Position numbers and translations under genes: made by a program. A model generated the notes under the pieces. That model had not been told where the DNA came from. It saw only the letters and a program-made list of their open reading frames with translations, and ran no database searches. From NCBI GenBank assembly GCA_963792745.1, contig CAWBXH010000005.1:721868-785867 (forward strand): a stretch of 64,000 bases of DNA, written 5' to 3'. The DNA comes from an uncultured Actinomycetota bacterium. GTDB taxonomy: Bacteria; Actinomycetota; Actinomycetes; Mycobacteriales; Mycobacteriaceae. Of the stretch, positions 34,301-43,058 are shown one piece after another. How positions within the stretch are numbered: position 1 is the stretch's first letter; every line of letters begins with the position of its first letter.

Positions 34301-36437
34301 TCTCGACACGCTCGGCAGCGGCGAACACCGCGACCATTCGACCGCCCGCAGGCAAACTGCCGAAGAGGCGACCGCGTTCGGCCATCAGCAGCGCGCCGTC
34401 CTCGAGACTGAACACGCCCGCGACGCAGGCCGCCGAATATTGGCCGACGCTGTGACCCAGTACCACGTCGGGTTCGAACCCCCAGGACTGCCAGAGGCGA
34501 GACAAGCCCATCTCCACCGCGAACAAGGCGGGCTGCGCGTTGGAGGTCCGCCGCAGCGTCTCTTCGCTGTCCGGGCTGTCCGTATCGAAAATTACGTCTA
34601 GCAAGGGCTTTTCAAGGCTGTCGGCGACCACCGCCGCGCAACGATTCAACGTCTCGGCGAACACCGGTTCGGTGTCGTACAACTCCCGGGCCATGCCGGG
34701 GTACTGGCTGCCTTGACCGGTGAACAGCCACGCCGTCTTCGGTGGGTCATGGGATTCTCCGCGAACCAGACCGGGCGCCGGGCGGTCGTCCCCGACCACG
34801 CCGAGTAGCTCGACTGCGGATTCTCTCGAATTGACCACCAACGCGGCCCGGTGCTCCAGGTGTGCTCGCCCCACCCCGGCGGTGAAGCACACGTCGGCCA
34901 AGGTGGCCTCTGGGTGCGCACTCAACCAGCTGCGGTATTGATCGGCGACCTGCACCAACGCGGCGGGCGTCTGGGCCGAGAGAGGGAGAATGCTGAACCT
35001 CGGAGCCGCCCCGGCGGCGACATCCAACCGCCGAGCCGCCCCGGCGGCGACATCCAACCGCCGAGCCGCTCCGGGCTGCTCGACCGGACTCCCAGCCGTG
35101 GCGGGCCGCGCCGCTGCCTCGGGCGCTTCCTCGAGGATGACGTGTGCGTTGGTCCCGGCGAACCCGAATGAGCTGATACCCGCGATGCGCGGCCGACCGT
35201 TGCGCTCCCATGCGGTCGCCTCTTTGACAACCTCCACCGCGAGCCGGTCCCAGGGAATGTGCGGCGACGGATTTTGAAAGTGCAGGTGTTTCGGCAAAGT
35301 CTCGTGCTCGAGCGACAGGATGACCTTGATGACACCCGCGATACCGGCGGCGGCTTCCAGGTGGCCGATGTTCGTCTTGACCGAGCCCATCAACAGCGGC
35401 CGGCCGGGTTCGCGTCCGATGCCGAACGCCGCACCTGCGGCCTGGGCCTCGATCGGGTCGCCCAGCGACGTCCCGGTGCCGTGTGCTTCCAGGTATCCGA
35501 TGTCGCTGGGTTCGAGGTCGGCGCGCTTCAGCGCATCGGCGATAACCCTTTGCTGGGCAACGCCGTTCGGCACCGTCAATCCACCGGATGCGCCGTCCTG
35601 GTTGATCGCACTGCCCCGGATCACGGCCCGAATACGGTCACCGTCGCGAATCGCGTCCTCGAGGCGCTTGATGACTATGATGCCGCAGCCCTCGCCACGC
35701 ACATAGCCGTCCGCGGCCGCGTCGAACGTCTTGCACCGGCCGTCGGGCGCGAGCATGTGCGCACTGGAAAACGTGATCATGGTCGCCGGTGTGAGCAGGA
35801 CGTTCGCGCCGCCGGCCAGCGCGAGGTCGCATTCTCCCAAGCGCAGCGCTTGGCACGCCTGATGAATTGCCACGAGCGACGAGCTGCACGCCGTGTCGAC
35901 GGCGATCGCGGGACCCTGCAGCCCCAACCGATAGCTGATCCGTCCCGCTGCCGCGGCATTCGACGTCCCGATGGCCATATAGGCCTCGATCTCGGGATAA
36001 GTCAGCTCATCGGATGCCATTCCCAGGTAGTCGTGGGTGGCCAAACCCACGAACACACCGGTGTTGGTGTTAGCCAATGCCGTTGGCGCAGTGCCCGAAT
36101 GCTCCACCGCGCGCCACGCCGTCTCCAGCAAGAGCCGATGCTGCGGGTCCATCAACCTGACCTCGCGCGTCGACATACCGAAGAACGGCGCGTCGAACCC
36201 CGTCACGTCATCGACGAAACCCGCACGACGGGTCACAACCTTGCCGGGCACACCGGGTTCAGGGTCGAAGAATTCGTCGACATCCCAACGGTCCTTGGGC
36301 ACCTCCGATATCGCGTCGCGGCCTTCGCGCAGCACGTCCCAAAATTCATCGGTACCCGGGGCACCCGGAAAACGCGCCGCGTAGCCGACGATTGCAAAAC
36401 CCGAAGCCGGTTTGATCGGACCTTCGGCAGAACCCAT
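25350..36437 (-). CDS. pks: Bimodular type I polyketide synthase KS-AT-KR-ACP-KS-AT-DH-ER-KR-ACP (trehalose-polyphleate/phleic-acid type)
   Basis: Two KS (DTACSSS, DTACSSA), two AT (GHSVG, HAFH = malonyl), KR1 AYAAAN, ACP1 LGMDSL, DH HVIYGTVVVP, ER LIHAASGGVG, KR2 LDD...NYATAN, ACP2 LGTDSL. No TE. 3695 aa. Confidence 0.92.
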   Translation of the reverse strand: MGSAEGPIKPASGFAIVGYAARFPGAPGTDEFWDVLREGRDAISEVPKDRWDVDEFFDPEPGVPGKVVTRRAGFVDDVTGFDAPFFGMSTREVRLMDPQHRLLLETAWRAVEHSGTAPTALANTNTGVFVGLATHDYLGMASDELTYPEIEAYMAIGTSNAAAAGRISYRLGLQGPAIAVDTACSSSLVAIHQACQALRLGECDLALAGGANVLLTPATMITFSSAHMLAPDGRCKTFDAAADGYVRGEGCGIIVIKRLEDAIRDGDRIRAVIRGSAINQDGASGGLTVPNGVAQQRVIADALKRADLEPSDIGYLEAHGTGTSLGDPIEAQAAGAAFGIGREPGRPLLMGSVKTNIGHLEAAAGIAGVIKVILSLEHETLPKHLHFQNPSPHIPWDRLAVEVVKEATAWERNGRPRIAGISSFGFAGTNAHVILEEAPEAAARPATAGSPVEQPGAARRLDVAAGAARRLDVAAGAAPRFSILPLSAQTPAALVQVADQYRSWLSAHPEATLADVCFTAGVGRAHLEHRAALVVNSRESAVELLGVVGDDRPAPGLVRGESHDPPKTAWLFTGQGSQYPGMARELYDTEPVFAETLNRCAAVVADSLEKPLLDVIFDTDSPDSEETLRRTSNAQPALFAVEMGLSRLWQSWGFEPDVVLGHSVGQYSAACVAGVFSLEDGALLMAERGRLFGSLPAGGRMVAVFAAAERVESLTDDFPSLSVAAYNGANTVLSGPAHDLDQAVATLTADGVRCDWLDTSHAFHSALLDPILDEFESYAQRFDFDTPQRILIDNRTGSALGRSVKLDGAYWRRHARQPVEFAKSVRTLADLSCKVLLEIGPQPVLTAAALRAWPDPATAPRAIASLRRNAADHRQITEAVADAYALGHLPDFGAFRQAHARKLDLPTYPFEHRQYWYSDNRQVPNDQQQLGGPRTEAVRLLEDGRIEELAALLDGASGDRDTLNVLTKLAAQHNQQRSSQSIADDRYEIRWEKSPTTVSAAQAGEESTWLLIGDDSPAVQPLVDALTARGQQHRILALPASDADEQRLADALRAAAVDDPTLRIVHVAALDSDGAPSMRSLLRMQHQILRGTRRLFRAAIIAELRRPIWVVTRGAQRVTETDTVSPDQSCLWGFGRAASLELPHVWGGLADLGEGSADEWSRFLNQVVAQQRGEDQIALRDQALYVPRLVRRDGPASATPLELRNDATYLVTGGLGSIGLEIAGYLTAHGARHLVLTGRRPPSDDAQRRIDALREQHGCEIRVVATDVADAHDVARLLATVQAELPPLAGIVHAAGEIGTTPLSTLDDAEVDRVFAGKVWGAWHLSEAAADLKLDFFLSTSSVASVWGGFGQTAYAAANAFLDGLAWRQREQGISGISVNFGPWSAGMADAESRARLDKRGVRALSPGDALAGLADVVAASSAQRPAQGIVARIDWARFLPLYQQAGRRAFLAELEREVPEITQAPTASGKTPFVERLTNAPVQQRKKLLTDYLRDAVAEVTRVDAAEIREDAGFFDLGMDSLMAVELRRRIEQGVGREIPVTLVMDHPRLSDAADYLLGEVLGLSEQASDKSAPEPASAATTRTDEPIAIVAVSCRFPGAPDPEAFWEVLAGGVDAIREVPDDRFDIDEFYDPDPETPGKTYTRFGGFLDGIDEFDPEFFGISPREAVWIEPQQRLMLETAWEGLERAGLSPGALRGSRTGIFVGVGANEYSHLLSSESIDKIEPYFITGNALNAVSGRVAFALGLEGPAVAVDTACSSALVAVHQACQALHSGDCDMALAGGVNVLLSPVTVIAASRARMLSPVGRCKTFDASADGYVRSEGCGILVLKRLSDAVRDGDRVCAVIPSSAVNQDGASSGLTVPNGGAQQRLIGAALARAGLAGGDVDYLEAHGTGTPLGDPIEVQAAAAAYGASRDADRPLLMGSVKSNIGHLESASGAAGLIKVVLSLQHELLPQSLHFDNPSPHIPWDSLPVRVVDKAIPWHANGRPRRAGVSSFGFTGTNAHVLIEEAPAQPATADEEPAGPENDVAVTPEPVTPEQPVNVLALSARTPEALVALARRYESWLNAHPDVDLADVCLTAGTGRSHFEHRAALVVDSVEDARDGLAELAENRLRPGVVRGEHTHRPTTAWLFTGQGSQYPGMARELFDTQPVFAETVTRCVDAISDILPRPLLEVLFATDRETGGEAGKTLRHTSFAQPALFAVEMGLARLWQSWGIEPDVVLGHSVGQYAAACVAGVFSIEDGARLMAERGRLFGSLPEGGRMVAVFTDAKHVEDRASAFPRVSVAAYNGPNTVLSGPGEELEKIVAGFGDEGIRCTWLDTSHAFHSELLDPVLTEFESYAAHLEFAVPTLPLVCNRSGAVLTAQTPLDAQYWRRHSRQPVQFAESVRTVAALGCSVLMEIGPQPVLTGAAVQVWPEHLAAPRAIVSLRKGVGDRRQIADALASAYVGGHRPDFAALHRQPRRRLELPTYPFQRRRFWPKTSGIAVDGHAVSGILGSAKDLASGDCVYTSRLSVKSQPWLSDHVIYGTVVVPGATYAAMALAAVGPPARVKDVFFYEPIILPERSSREVQLTLSPLEESGESTFRVHSRPYGVRDAEWSLNADGTVVTGVDDETSSQTAEAVDTMIERLNRMRPQELFETFADMELAWGPNWSGSLKSLWLGEGEAIGDITVGEELAEHLGSEPMHPVLMDLCTGVAFPAFPALLAAEQGVNDLFLPLRYGQVMLREKMPRRFYCHAKWHTSGLDSETQVFDLDFVDRDGRQLGGIREFTVKRAPREALLRGLGGDTTRLLYTLGWQEVPPPAVSDDAGDANGTWLIAGFDELAANVAGCIPFDPTTDPEPLGQVLAQAHERGVPFAGVVWRAAAPGPQESSAAAAARLEDEIANLLGAVHAVQGGEVKLPGGLWIITEHAVATESGEPVDPVQAALWGFGRTTVNEEPALRCKLVDSDGSQEAVQLLTDLLAAPIEEPELALRQGKLLVSRLLHWARSGHLAVPRSRDYVLAPTERGAIDNLRLMESDVPPPDEGYVQVRVEAAGLNFRDVLNVLGLYPGDPGPIGGDFAGIVTQLGDGVTGLEVGQHVYGFMQGAFSSRFNVPSQLLAPVPDGVGAVAAATIPAAALTARLAFDWAQLQPGDRVLIHAASGGVGLAAIQMAQQHGAVVFATASTYKRATLRKMGVKFVYDSRTTDFAEQILADTDGEGVDVVLNSLTNEGFLEATVRATAQNGRFAEIAKRDIWTPEQMAAARPDIAYEIVALDVTTLQNPDHIKRLLNEVSDGLGTGEWTPLPAEIYPLTEARAAFRRMQQARHIGKIVLQISKPLQPQADRSYLITGGLGAIGLHTASYLAQLGAGDIVLTSRRAPDEDAQRVIEEITERSRCRIHTFAADVGDESEVAKLLDRIRAELPPLAGVVHLAGVLDDALLSQQSLERFRTTLAPKAFGACYLDRLTKDDDLDFFIVSSSVSSLFGSPGQSNYATANALLDGLVAQRRAQGLPATGINFGPWADGGMASSEAARANLGAQGLVPLEPSAALSALAEVVANGTGQAIVIKANWQRAAKLLGASRPPILDQVLPSAVEEATGDSELLRQLQEIPVPQRAGFVTEFLQREVQNFLRLAQPPPATSRFLDLGTDSLMAIELRNRLHSQFGGAFTINATAVFDYPTIGGLAEYLVAQLPELDAQPGDVESVDASGPS
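35003..35069. repeat. Perfect 30-bp tandem repeat (2.2 copies) inside pks
   Basis: GAGCCGCCCCGGCGGCGACATCCAACCGCC x2 plus GAGCCGC. Encodes GAARRLDVAA-GAARRLDVAA-GAA in the KS1-AT1 linker. Confidence 0.95.
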
Positions 36438-36510
36438 GCGGTTGTCCTCCCAGCCCCCCGGGTGGAACCCGACGGCCAGTATTGTCGGGTCGTTCCATCA
36501 TCACAACCGC
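36438..36510 (-). promoter_or_regulatory. Long hairpin in the pks 5' leader enclosing the SD
   Basis: GCGGTTGT (36438-36445) / ACAACCGC (36503-36510), 8 bp perfect. Inner TGGAAC-CCGAC (36463-36473) / GTCGG-GTC-GTTCCA (36484-36497). SD GGGAGG lies on the 3' arm. Confidence 0.45.
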
Positions 36511-36635
36511 CTTCCGAACTCGCGAGTCGTGCAAGCACATCCGCGGCTACTGGGAGAAGGTGACCGCGGCGAGGGCTATGTTGGTCTCACCAGGAGTGTT
36601 GTCGGACCGCAGCCGACCAAGCCTTGGAGGAGCTA

Positions 36636-38057
36636 TTGCGCATCGGGAAAATAACTGTTGGCGCACTGGATGAATGGACGCTGACCCCGGGCGCGGTTAC
36701 CTCGTGGCACCCGACAGTCTCGGCTGCCGAAAAAGCCCGACACGCACCGGTCAGTTCTGTGCCGATCAGCTACATGCAGGGCCAGCACCTTCGAAACTAC
36801 TGTGAACGAAATGCCGCGGGGCTGAACTTTTCCCGGCAGATCATCGCCAGCTGTGACGTGGCCGGTCAGTGTGATATCACCGCAATGGATCACGCCGTCA
36901 ACGCATACCTGCGTCGACACGACACATTCCGCAGTTGGTTCGAACAGGCCGATGACGGAGAGTTCATCCGGCATGCCATCAACGATCCGGCCGACATCGA
37001 ATTCGTGCCGGTCGATCACGGGCACATGACAATCGACGAGATACACGCTCATGTCGTGGCCATCCCGAATCCGTTGGAGTGGGGGTGCTTCACATTCGGA
37101 ATCATCCAGAACGAGAGCCACTTCACTTTCTTTGCCGCCATGGATCATGTCCACGGGGACGCGACGCTGATCGGCACAACAATGTTGGAAGCCAATGGAA
37201 TGTACTCGGCGTTGAGCGGAGGCGGTGATGCCCTCACGCTTCCCGATGCCGGTAGCTTCGACGATTTCTGTGTCCGCGAGCGCGAGAACACGTCAGAGTT
37301 AACTGTGGACTCGCCCGGGGTCCGGGCGTGGATCGACTTCGCCGAGGACAACAGTGGTTGTTTTCCCGAATTCCCGCTGCCGCTGGGCAACCCCCTGAAG
37401 TCGACCAGCAGTGACATGACCTCTGAAGTCCTGATGGACCCGGCACAGACGCAACGCTTCGAATCGGCCTGCACGGCGGCCGGCGCGCGTTTCGTCGGCG
37501 GCGTGTTCGCCTGCCTCGCCCAGGTGGAGCACGAGTTAACGGGTGCGCTCACGTATTACGGGCTTACGCCGAGGGATTCACGCACCGGCACAGATAATTT
37601 CATGACGCAGGGTTGGTTCACCGGCTTGATCCCGATCACCGTCCCGATAGGCGCGGCCGCATTCGGCGATGCCGCGGGGGCAGCACAGGCTTCCTTCGAC
37701 TCGGGCCTCAACATGGCAAAGGTGCCGTATTACCGCGTGTTGGAATTGGCACCGTGGTTGAAATGGCCGCAGCCGAACTTTCCGGTGTCGAACTTCTTGC
37801 ACGGCGGCGCCGCTCCCCTCAACGCCATTCTTGCGGCAGCCGACATGGGCCTTGCGAACAATATCGGTATCTACCCTGACGGCCGGTTTTCGTACCAGCT
37901 GACCATCTATATCTTTCGGTATGGCGAGGGCACGGTGATGGCGATCATGCATCCCGACAATCCGGTCGCCAAGAAATCAGTTGCGCGCTACATGTTTGCG
38001 ATGAAGTCCGTGTCCGTACAGGTCGCTGACAGCGGACACTGGGGACGCGTCGCATAG
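36636..38057 (+). CDS. papA3: Polyketide-associated acyltransferase (condensation-domain, PapA3-type)
   Basis: MRIGKITVG-type start (TTG with SD GGAGGAG), MDHVHGDA (HxxxD) motif, QGWFTGLIPITV. Confidence 0.88.
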   Translation: MRIGKITVGALDEWTLTPGAVTSWHPTVSAAEKARHAPVSSVPISYMQGQHLRNYCERNAAGLNFSRQIIASCDVAGQCDITAMDHAVNAYLRRHDTFRSWFEQADDGEFIRHAINDPADIEFVPVDHGHMTIDEIHAHVVAIPNPLEWGCFTFGIIQNESHFTFFAAMDHVHGDATLIGTTMLEANGMYSALSGGGDALTLPDAGSFDDFCVRERENTSELTVDSPGVRAWIDFAEDNSGCFPEFPLPLGNPLKSTSSDMTSEVLMDPAQTQRFESACTAAGARFVGGVFACLAQVEHELTGALTYYGLTPRDSRTGTDNFMTQGWFTGLIPITVPIGAAAFGDAAGAAQASFDSGLNMAKVPYYRVLELAPWLKWPQPNFPVSNFLHGGAAPLNAILAAADMGLANNIGIYPDGRFSYQLTIYIFRYGEGTVMAIMHPDNPVAKKSVARYMFAMKSVSVQVADSGHWGRVA

Positions 38058-38090
38058 CGTGGAGCGATTCCGGGCGAGGGTGAGGGCGAT

Positions 38091-41072
38091 ATGCGACGGC
38101 TAGCCGATCTCGTGGTGCGGTGGCCCTGGGCGGTGATAGGGGTTTGGATCGCGATCGCGGTTGCACTTCCGCTGACGTTCCCGAGCCTGAACGAGATGGC
38201 CCAGAGGCATCCGCCCGCCATCCTGCCCATCGACGCCCCGTCCAGCGTCGCCGCCCGGCAGATGACCGAAGCGTTTCACGAATCGGGTTCAGACAACCTT
38301 CTTGTCGTTGCTTTTATCAACGAAACCGGGCTCAAGCCCGCCGACGAAGACGCCTACCGCAAGGTGGTGGACGCGCTGCGCGACGACGTGACAGACGTCG
38401 TGATGATTCAGGACTTTTTCACCACACCGCAGTTGCGCCCGTTCCTGACCAGCAAGGACAAGACGACTTGGGTGCTGCCGGTCGGCCTCGCGGGCGAGTT
38501 GGGCACGCCGCGCGCCTACGAGGCCTACAACCGAGTCGGCGACATCGTCAAACACAACGCCGCCGCCGACGGGCCACTTACCGTGCACGTCACCGGACCC
38601 GCGGCCACCGTCGCCGACCTCACCGTCGCGGGCGAACAGGACCGCATGCCCATCGAGATTGCGATCGCCGTCCTGGTGCTCCTCGTGCTGCTTGTGGTGT
38701 ACCGCAACCCGGTCACCATGCTCCTGCCATTGGCAGCGATCGGGACGTCCTTGATCGTCGCTCAGGCTGCGGTGGCCGGGGTGTCCGAACTCTTCGGACT
38801 GGGTGTTTCAAATCAGTCGGTCATCCTTCTGAGCGCGATCATCGCGGGCGCCGGAACGGATTACGCGGTCTTTCTCATCAGCCGCTATCACGACTATCTG
38901 CGACAAGGGGCAGATCTCGACGACGCGGTGCGGCGGGCGTTGATCTCGATCGGCAAGGTGATCACTGCATCCGCCGCCACGGTGGGAATCACCTTTCTCG
39001 GGATCAGCTTCGCCCGGATGGGGGTGTTCTCCACGGCCGGTGTGGCGTGCGCGATCGGGGTCGGGGTGGCATACCTGGCCGCGATGACGTTGCTGCCTGC
39101 CATTCTTGTGCTGGCCGGGCCTCGTGGCTGGGTCAAGCCGCGGCGTGAACTCACCACTCGGTTCTGGCGCCGTTCGGGGATACGCATCGTGAGGCGGCCG
39201 AAGGCGCATCTCGTTGGCAGCCTGCTCGTCCTGGCCCTTCTCGCCAGCTGCGCGACCTTGGTGCACTACAACTACGACGATCGCAAGGCCCTCGGACCCT
39301 CGGCCCCGAGTTCGGTCGGGTACGCCGCGATGGAACGCCATTTCCCCGTCAGTCAGGCGGTCCCCGAATACATCCTTGTTCAGTCACCGCGCGACTTGCG
39401 CACACCGCAGGCCCTCGCAGACCTGGAGCAGATGGCGCAGAGGGTGAGCCAATTGCCCAACATCGGTCTCGTCAGCGGCCTCACCCGACCCACCGGAGTT
39501 GTGCCGCAGGAGTTCAGAGCCACCTATCAAGCGGGCATTGTCGGTGATCGGATGGCCGCCGGGTCGGCTGTGATCGGCGACAGCACCAAGGATCTCAACC
39601 GACTGACGAACGGGGCAGGCACGCTGGCCGCCAGCCTGGGTAATGTGCGCGCCCAGATCAATCGGATCGCTCCCAGCATGCAGCGGCTGATCGACGCCTT
39701 ATCGTCGATGCGAAGCCAACTGGGCGGCGACAAGTTGGTCAAAGACGTTCAAGCCGCTGCCCAGCTCGTGCAGAGCATCAATGCGCTCGGCAATGAAATG
39801 GGCGTGAATTTCTCCGCGGTCAGGGACATGTTCGGCTGGGTGGGTCCCGTGCTGGCGGCGCTGGACGGCAACGCAATCTGCGATGCCAATCCATCGTGCA
39901 GCGCCACCCGCATCCAGTTTCAGAAACTGGTCGATGCTCGTAATGACGGCCGACTCGACCAGATCAATACTCTGGCCGGGCAACTGCAGGGGTTCGGAGA
40001 CAAACAGACACTCAACGCAACGGTGAAACAACTCAACGACACGCTCTCCAACTTCAGCTCGGCGGTGCGCTCCATGGGTCTCGATCGACCTGGCGGCCTG
40101 CAGGCGGGCCTGACCCAGGTCAGGCAGGGCGCCAACCGCTTGGCCGACGGGAGCAAGCAGGTGGCGGGCGGAGTGGATCAACTCGTCGGTCAGGTCAAGA
40201 TGATGGGTGCCGGACTCGATGAGGCGGCCGCGTTTCTGTTGGCGATGCGAAACGACGCGGCAGATCCGTCGATGGCGGGGTTCAATCTCCCGGCCCAAAT
40301 TCTGCAACTCGACGAGTTCAAGGCGGCCGCAAAGATATTCATCTCGCCAGATGGCCACACGGCCAGGTACCTGGTGCAAACCACACTCAATCCGTTCAGC
40401 GCCGATGCGATGGATCAGGTGAACGAGATCAGTGACACCGCCCACAGCGCCCAACCGAACACCCAGCTGGCGGACGCCAAGATATCGATGGGCGGATTCC
40501 CAGCCGCGCTACGGGATACGCGCGACTACTACGAGCACGACATCCGTTTCATCATCGTCGTGACCCTCGTCGTGGTCCTGCTGATCCTGATGGCGCTCTT
40601 GCGGGCGATCGTCGCGCCGCTCTATCTGATCGGCTCCGTGATCATCTCGTACTTTGCGGCACTCGGCATCAGCGTCCTGACATTTCAATACCTACTCGGC
40701 CAGCAATTGCATTGGAGCGTGCCCCCACTGGCCTTCGTGGTATTGGTCGCGGTGGGCGCCGACTACAACCTGCTCTTTGTCTCGCGAATGCGTGACGAGT
40801 CTCCGCACGGCATGCGTTACGGCGTCATTCGCACCCTGACGTCGACCGGCGGGGTGATCACCGCGGCTGGTTTGATCTTTGCCGCTTCGATGTGCGGTCT
40901 GCTGTTCTCCAGCATCACCACCGTGGTGCAGGGCGGATTCGTGATCGGTGTGGGTGTCCTGCTGGACACTTTCCTGGTGCGGACCCTCACGGTGCCCGCC
41001 ATGGCGACCTTGGTGGGACGGGCGAACTGGTGGCCCTCACGACTGAGCATGCAACCAGCCAAACGGGCCTAG
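38091..41072 (+). CDS. mmpL10: MmpL10-type RND lipid exporter
   Basis: [48 protein letters not shown]. Located in a pap/pks/fadD cluster. Confidence 0.88.
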   Translation: MRRLADLVVRWPWAVIGVWIAIAVALPLTFPSLNEMAQRHPPAILPIDAPSSVAARQMTEAFHESGSDNLLVVAFINETGLKPADEDAYRKVVDALRDDVTDVVMIQDFFTTPQLRPFLTSKDKTTWVLPVGLAGELGTPRAYEAYNRVGDIVKHNAAADGPLTVHVTGPAATVADLTVAGEQDRMPIEIAIAVLVLLVLLVVYRNPVTMLLPLAAIGTSLIVAQAAVAGVSELFGLGVSNQSVILLSAIIAGAGTDYAVFLISRYHDYLRQGADLDDAVRRALISIGKVITASAATVGITFLGISFARMGVFSTAGVACAIGVGVAYLAAMTLLPAILVLAGPRGWVKPRRELTTRFWRRSGIRIVRRPKAHLVGSLLVLALLASCATLVHYNYDDRKALGPSAPSSVGYAAMERHFPVSQAVPEYILVQSPRDLRTPQALADLEQMAQRVSQLPNIGLVSGLTRPTGVVPQEFRATYQAGIVGDRMAAGSAVIGDSTKDLNRLTNGAGTLAASLGNVRAQINRIAPSMQRLIDALSSMRSQLGGDKLVKDVQAAAQLVQSINALGNEMGVNFSAVRDMFGWVGPVLAALDGNAICDANPSCSATRIQFQKLVDARNDGRLDQINTLAGQLQGFGDKQTLNATVKQLNDTLSNFSSAVRSMGLDRPGGLQAGLTQVRQGANRLADGSKQVAGGVDQLVGQVKMMGAGLDEAAAFLLAMRNDAADPSMAGFNLPAQILQLDEFKAAAKIFISPDGHTARYLVQTTLNPFSADAMDQVNEISDTAHSAQPNTQLADAKISMGGFPAALRDTRDYYEHDIRFIIVVTLVVVLLILMALLRAIVAPLYLIGSVIISYFAALGISVLTFQYLLGQQLHWSVPPLAFVVLVAVGADYNLLFVSRMRDESPHGMRYGVIRTLTSTGGVITAAGLIFAASMCGLLFSSITTVVQGGFVIGVGVLLDTFLVRTLTVPAMATLVGRANWWPSRLSMQPAKRA

Positions 41073-41185
41073 CAGCGACCGAGTCAGCGCACACACGTGA
41101 TGTATGTGAAACTACGAACGAACCGAGCGGCCGTCCTTTCAACGACCTCGAGCCGACGGATTCGACGAGCTAATACGGATGGAAT

Positions 41186-42937
41186 GTGACCCCTACGCCC
41201 CAGTCATCAATTCTCTCGATGCTGCACGGACGTGCCAGCCTGCGCCCCGGCGATGTGGCATTCACCTTCACCGATTACGCCCACGACCCGGCAGGTGTTT
41301 CCGAGAGTCTCACCTGGTCGCAGGTATCCCGCCGAACATTAAATGTGGCAAGCGAACTCAGCCGCCATGCGTCGGTCGGAGACAGGGCAATGATCCTGGC
41401 TCCGCAGAGCCTTGACTACGTTGCAGCATTCCTGGGATCCATGCAGGCCGGGCTGATCGCGGTTCCGCTCCCGTTGCCGCACCGCGGCTCGAGTCACGAT
41501 CGTGTGAGTGCCGTCTTCGACGACACGTCGCCCTCGGTTGTCCTCACGACGTCTGCGGTCGCGGACGACATCGCCGAGTATCTCCATCGAGCATGCTTGA
41601 ACGCTATTCCGAAGATCATCGAAATCGATTCGATGAACCTGGACGTCGACGGCGAACCCAGCTTTTCGACAGCTGATTTTCCCAGCACGGCGTATTTGCA
41701 GTACAGCTCGGGTTCGACGCGGCTGCCTACCGGAGTCATGATCTCGCACCGCAACCTTCAGGTGAATTTCGAGCAGCTGATGCGCAGCTTTTTCGCGGAA
41801 ACCCAAATCAAATCCACTGCAGATACCACGCTAGTGTCGTGGTTGCCCTTCTACCACGACATGGGTTTGGTGCTGGGCGTCTGCGCACCCATCCTGAGCG
41901 GCTGGGCCGCCGAGCTGACAAGCCCGATTGCGTTCCTGGAAAGGCCGGCGAGATGGATACGAGCTCTGGCCGAGAATACTCATGCTTTTTCGGGGGCGCC
42001 TAACTTCGCCTTTGATCTGGCCGCCCGCAAAACCACCGACAGTGACCTCGCCGGGCTCGACCTCGGCGGGGTGCTGGGCATCATCAACGGCGCCGAACGT
42101 GTCGAGCCGGCCACTTTGGCACGCTTCGCAGATCGGTTTGCTCACTTCAATTTTCGGGACCACATGCTGCGTCCCTCATACGGCCTGGCGGAGGCAACCG
42201 TCTTCGTGACATCCGGCATCTGGAGTGATTCGTCGGAGGCTGCCCATTTCGATATCGACGAATTGTCTGCGGGCCGCGCTCAGCGGTGTGCGGCCGGAGC
42301 CGGCTCGGCGCTGGTGAGATACAAACTGCCGCAGTCACCCGTGGTGCAAATCGTCGACGTCGACACAAACCGGCAATGCGCGCAGGACGTGGTTGGCGAG
42401 ATCTGGGTCCATGGTGACAATGTCGCGGCCGGCTACTGGAGCAGGCCACCGGAGGAGCAGCGGTGCTTTGGCGCAACGCTCGTCGACGCTTCGCCGGGCA
42501 CGGCTGACGGGCCCTGGCTGAGAACCGGCGATTTGGGCTTCATCTCCGACGGTGAGCTGTTCATTGTCGGCCGCATCAAGGACCTGCTCATCATTCGTGG
42601 TCGTAATCATTATCCCGAGGACATCGAGGCGACGGTGCAAGGGATCACAGGTGGTCGGGTCGCGGCGATCTCGGTTCCGGTGAACAGTACCGAGAAGCTG
42701 GTCACCGTCATCGAGGTCAAGAAGCGAGGAAGTTCCACGGTAGAGGCGATGCACCACTGGCTCAGCGGGATCAAGAGCGACATCACCTCCGCGATATCCA
42801 ATGCGCACGGCCTGAATGTCGGCGACCTCGTTCTGGTGCCGCCCGGATCGATTCCCACCACGACGAGCGGCAAGATTCAGCGCGCCGCCTGCGTCGAGCA
42901 GTATCGGCAAGACCAATTCGTTCGGTTGGACGCGTAA
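41186..42937 (+). CDS. fadD23: Fatty acyl-AMP ligase (FadD23-type)
   Basis: [55 protein letters not shown]. Confidence 0.85.
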   Translation: MTPTPQSSILSMLHGRASLRPGDVAFTFTDYAHDPAGVSESLTWSQVSRRTLNVASELSRHASVGDRAMILAPQSLDYVAAFLGSMQAGLIAVPLPLPHRGSSHDRVSAVFDDTSPSVVLTTSAVADDIAEYLHRACLNAIPKIIEIDSMNLDVDGEPSFSTADFPSTAYLQYSSGSTRLPTGVMISHRNLQVNFEQLMRSFFAETQIKSTADTTLVSWLPFYHDMGLVLGVCAPILSGWAAELTSPIAFLERPARWIRALAENTHAFSGAPNFAFDLAARKTTDSDLAGLDLGGVLGIINGAERVEPATLARFADRFAHFNFRDHMLRPSYGLAEATVFVTSGIWSDSSEAAHFDIDELSAGRAQRCAAGAGSALVRYKLPQSPVVQIVDVDTNRQCAQDVVGEIWVHGDNVAAGYWSRPPEEQRCFGATLVDASPGTADGPWLRTGDLGFISDGELFIVGRIKDLLIIRGRNHYPEDIEATVQGITGGRVAAISVPVNSTEKLVTVIEVKKRGSSTVEAMHHWLSGIKSDITSAISNAHGLNVGDLVLVPPGSIPTTTSGKIQRAACVEQYRQDQFVRLDA

Positions 42938-43058
42938 GACCTGGCGGTCGTCACGACTGAGCTTGCGCGGCAGCAGCCGCGGCCACAGGCGTCGGCCGGG
43001 TAGGCGGAGTAGGGTCTGGTTCAGCCCAGACGCGTGGTCGGAGCAGACGGGAGTGGAA

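Noticed and set aside
35003-35069. 30-bp repeat as a possible CRISPR array
   Set aside because: The copies are directly adjacent with no spacers, lie in frame within pks, and no cas genes are present.
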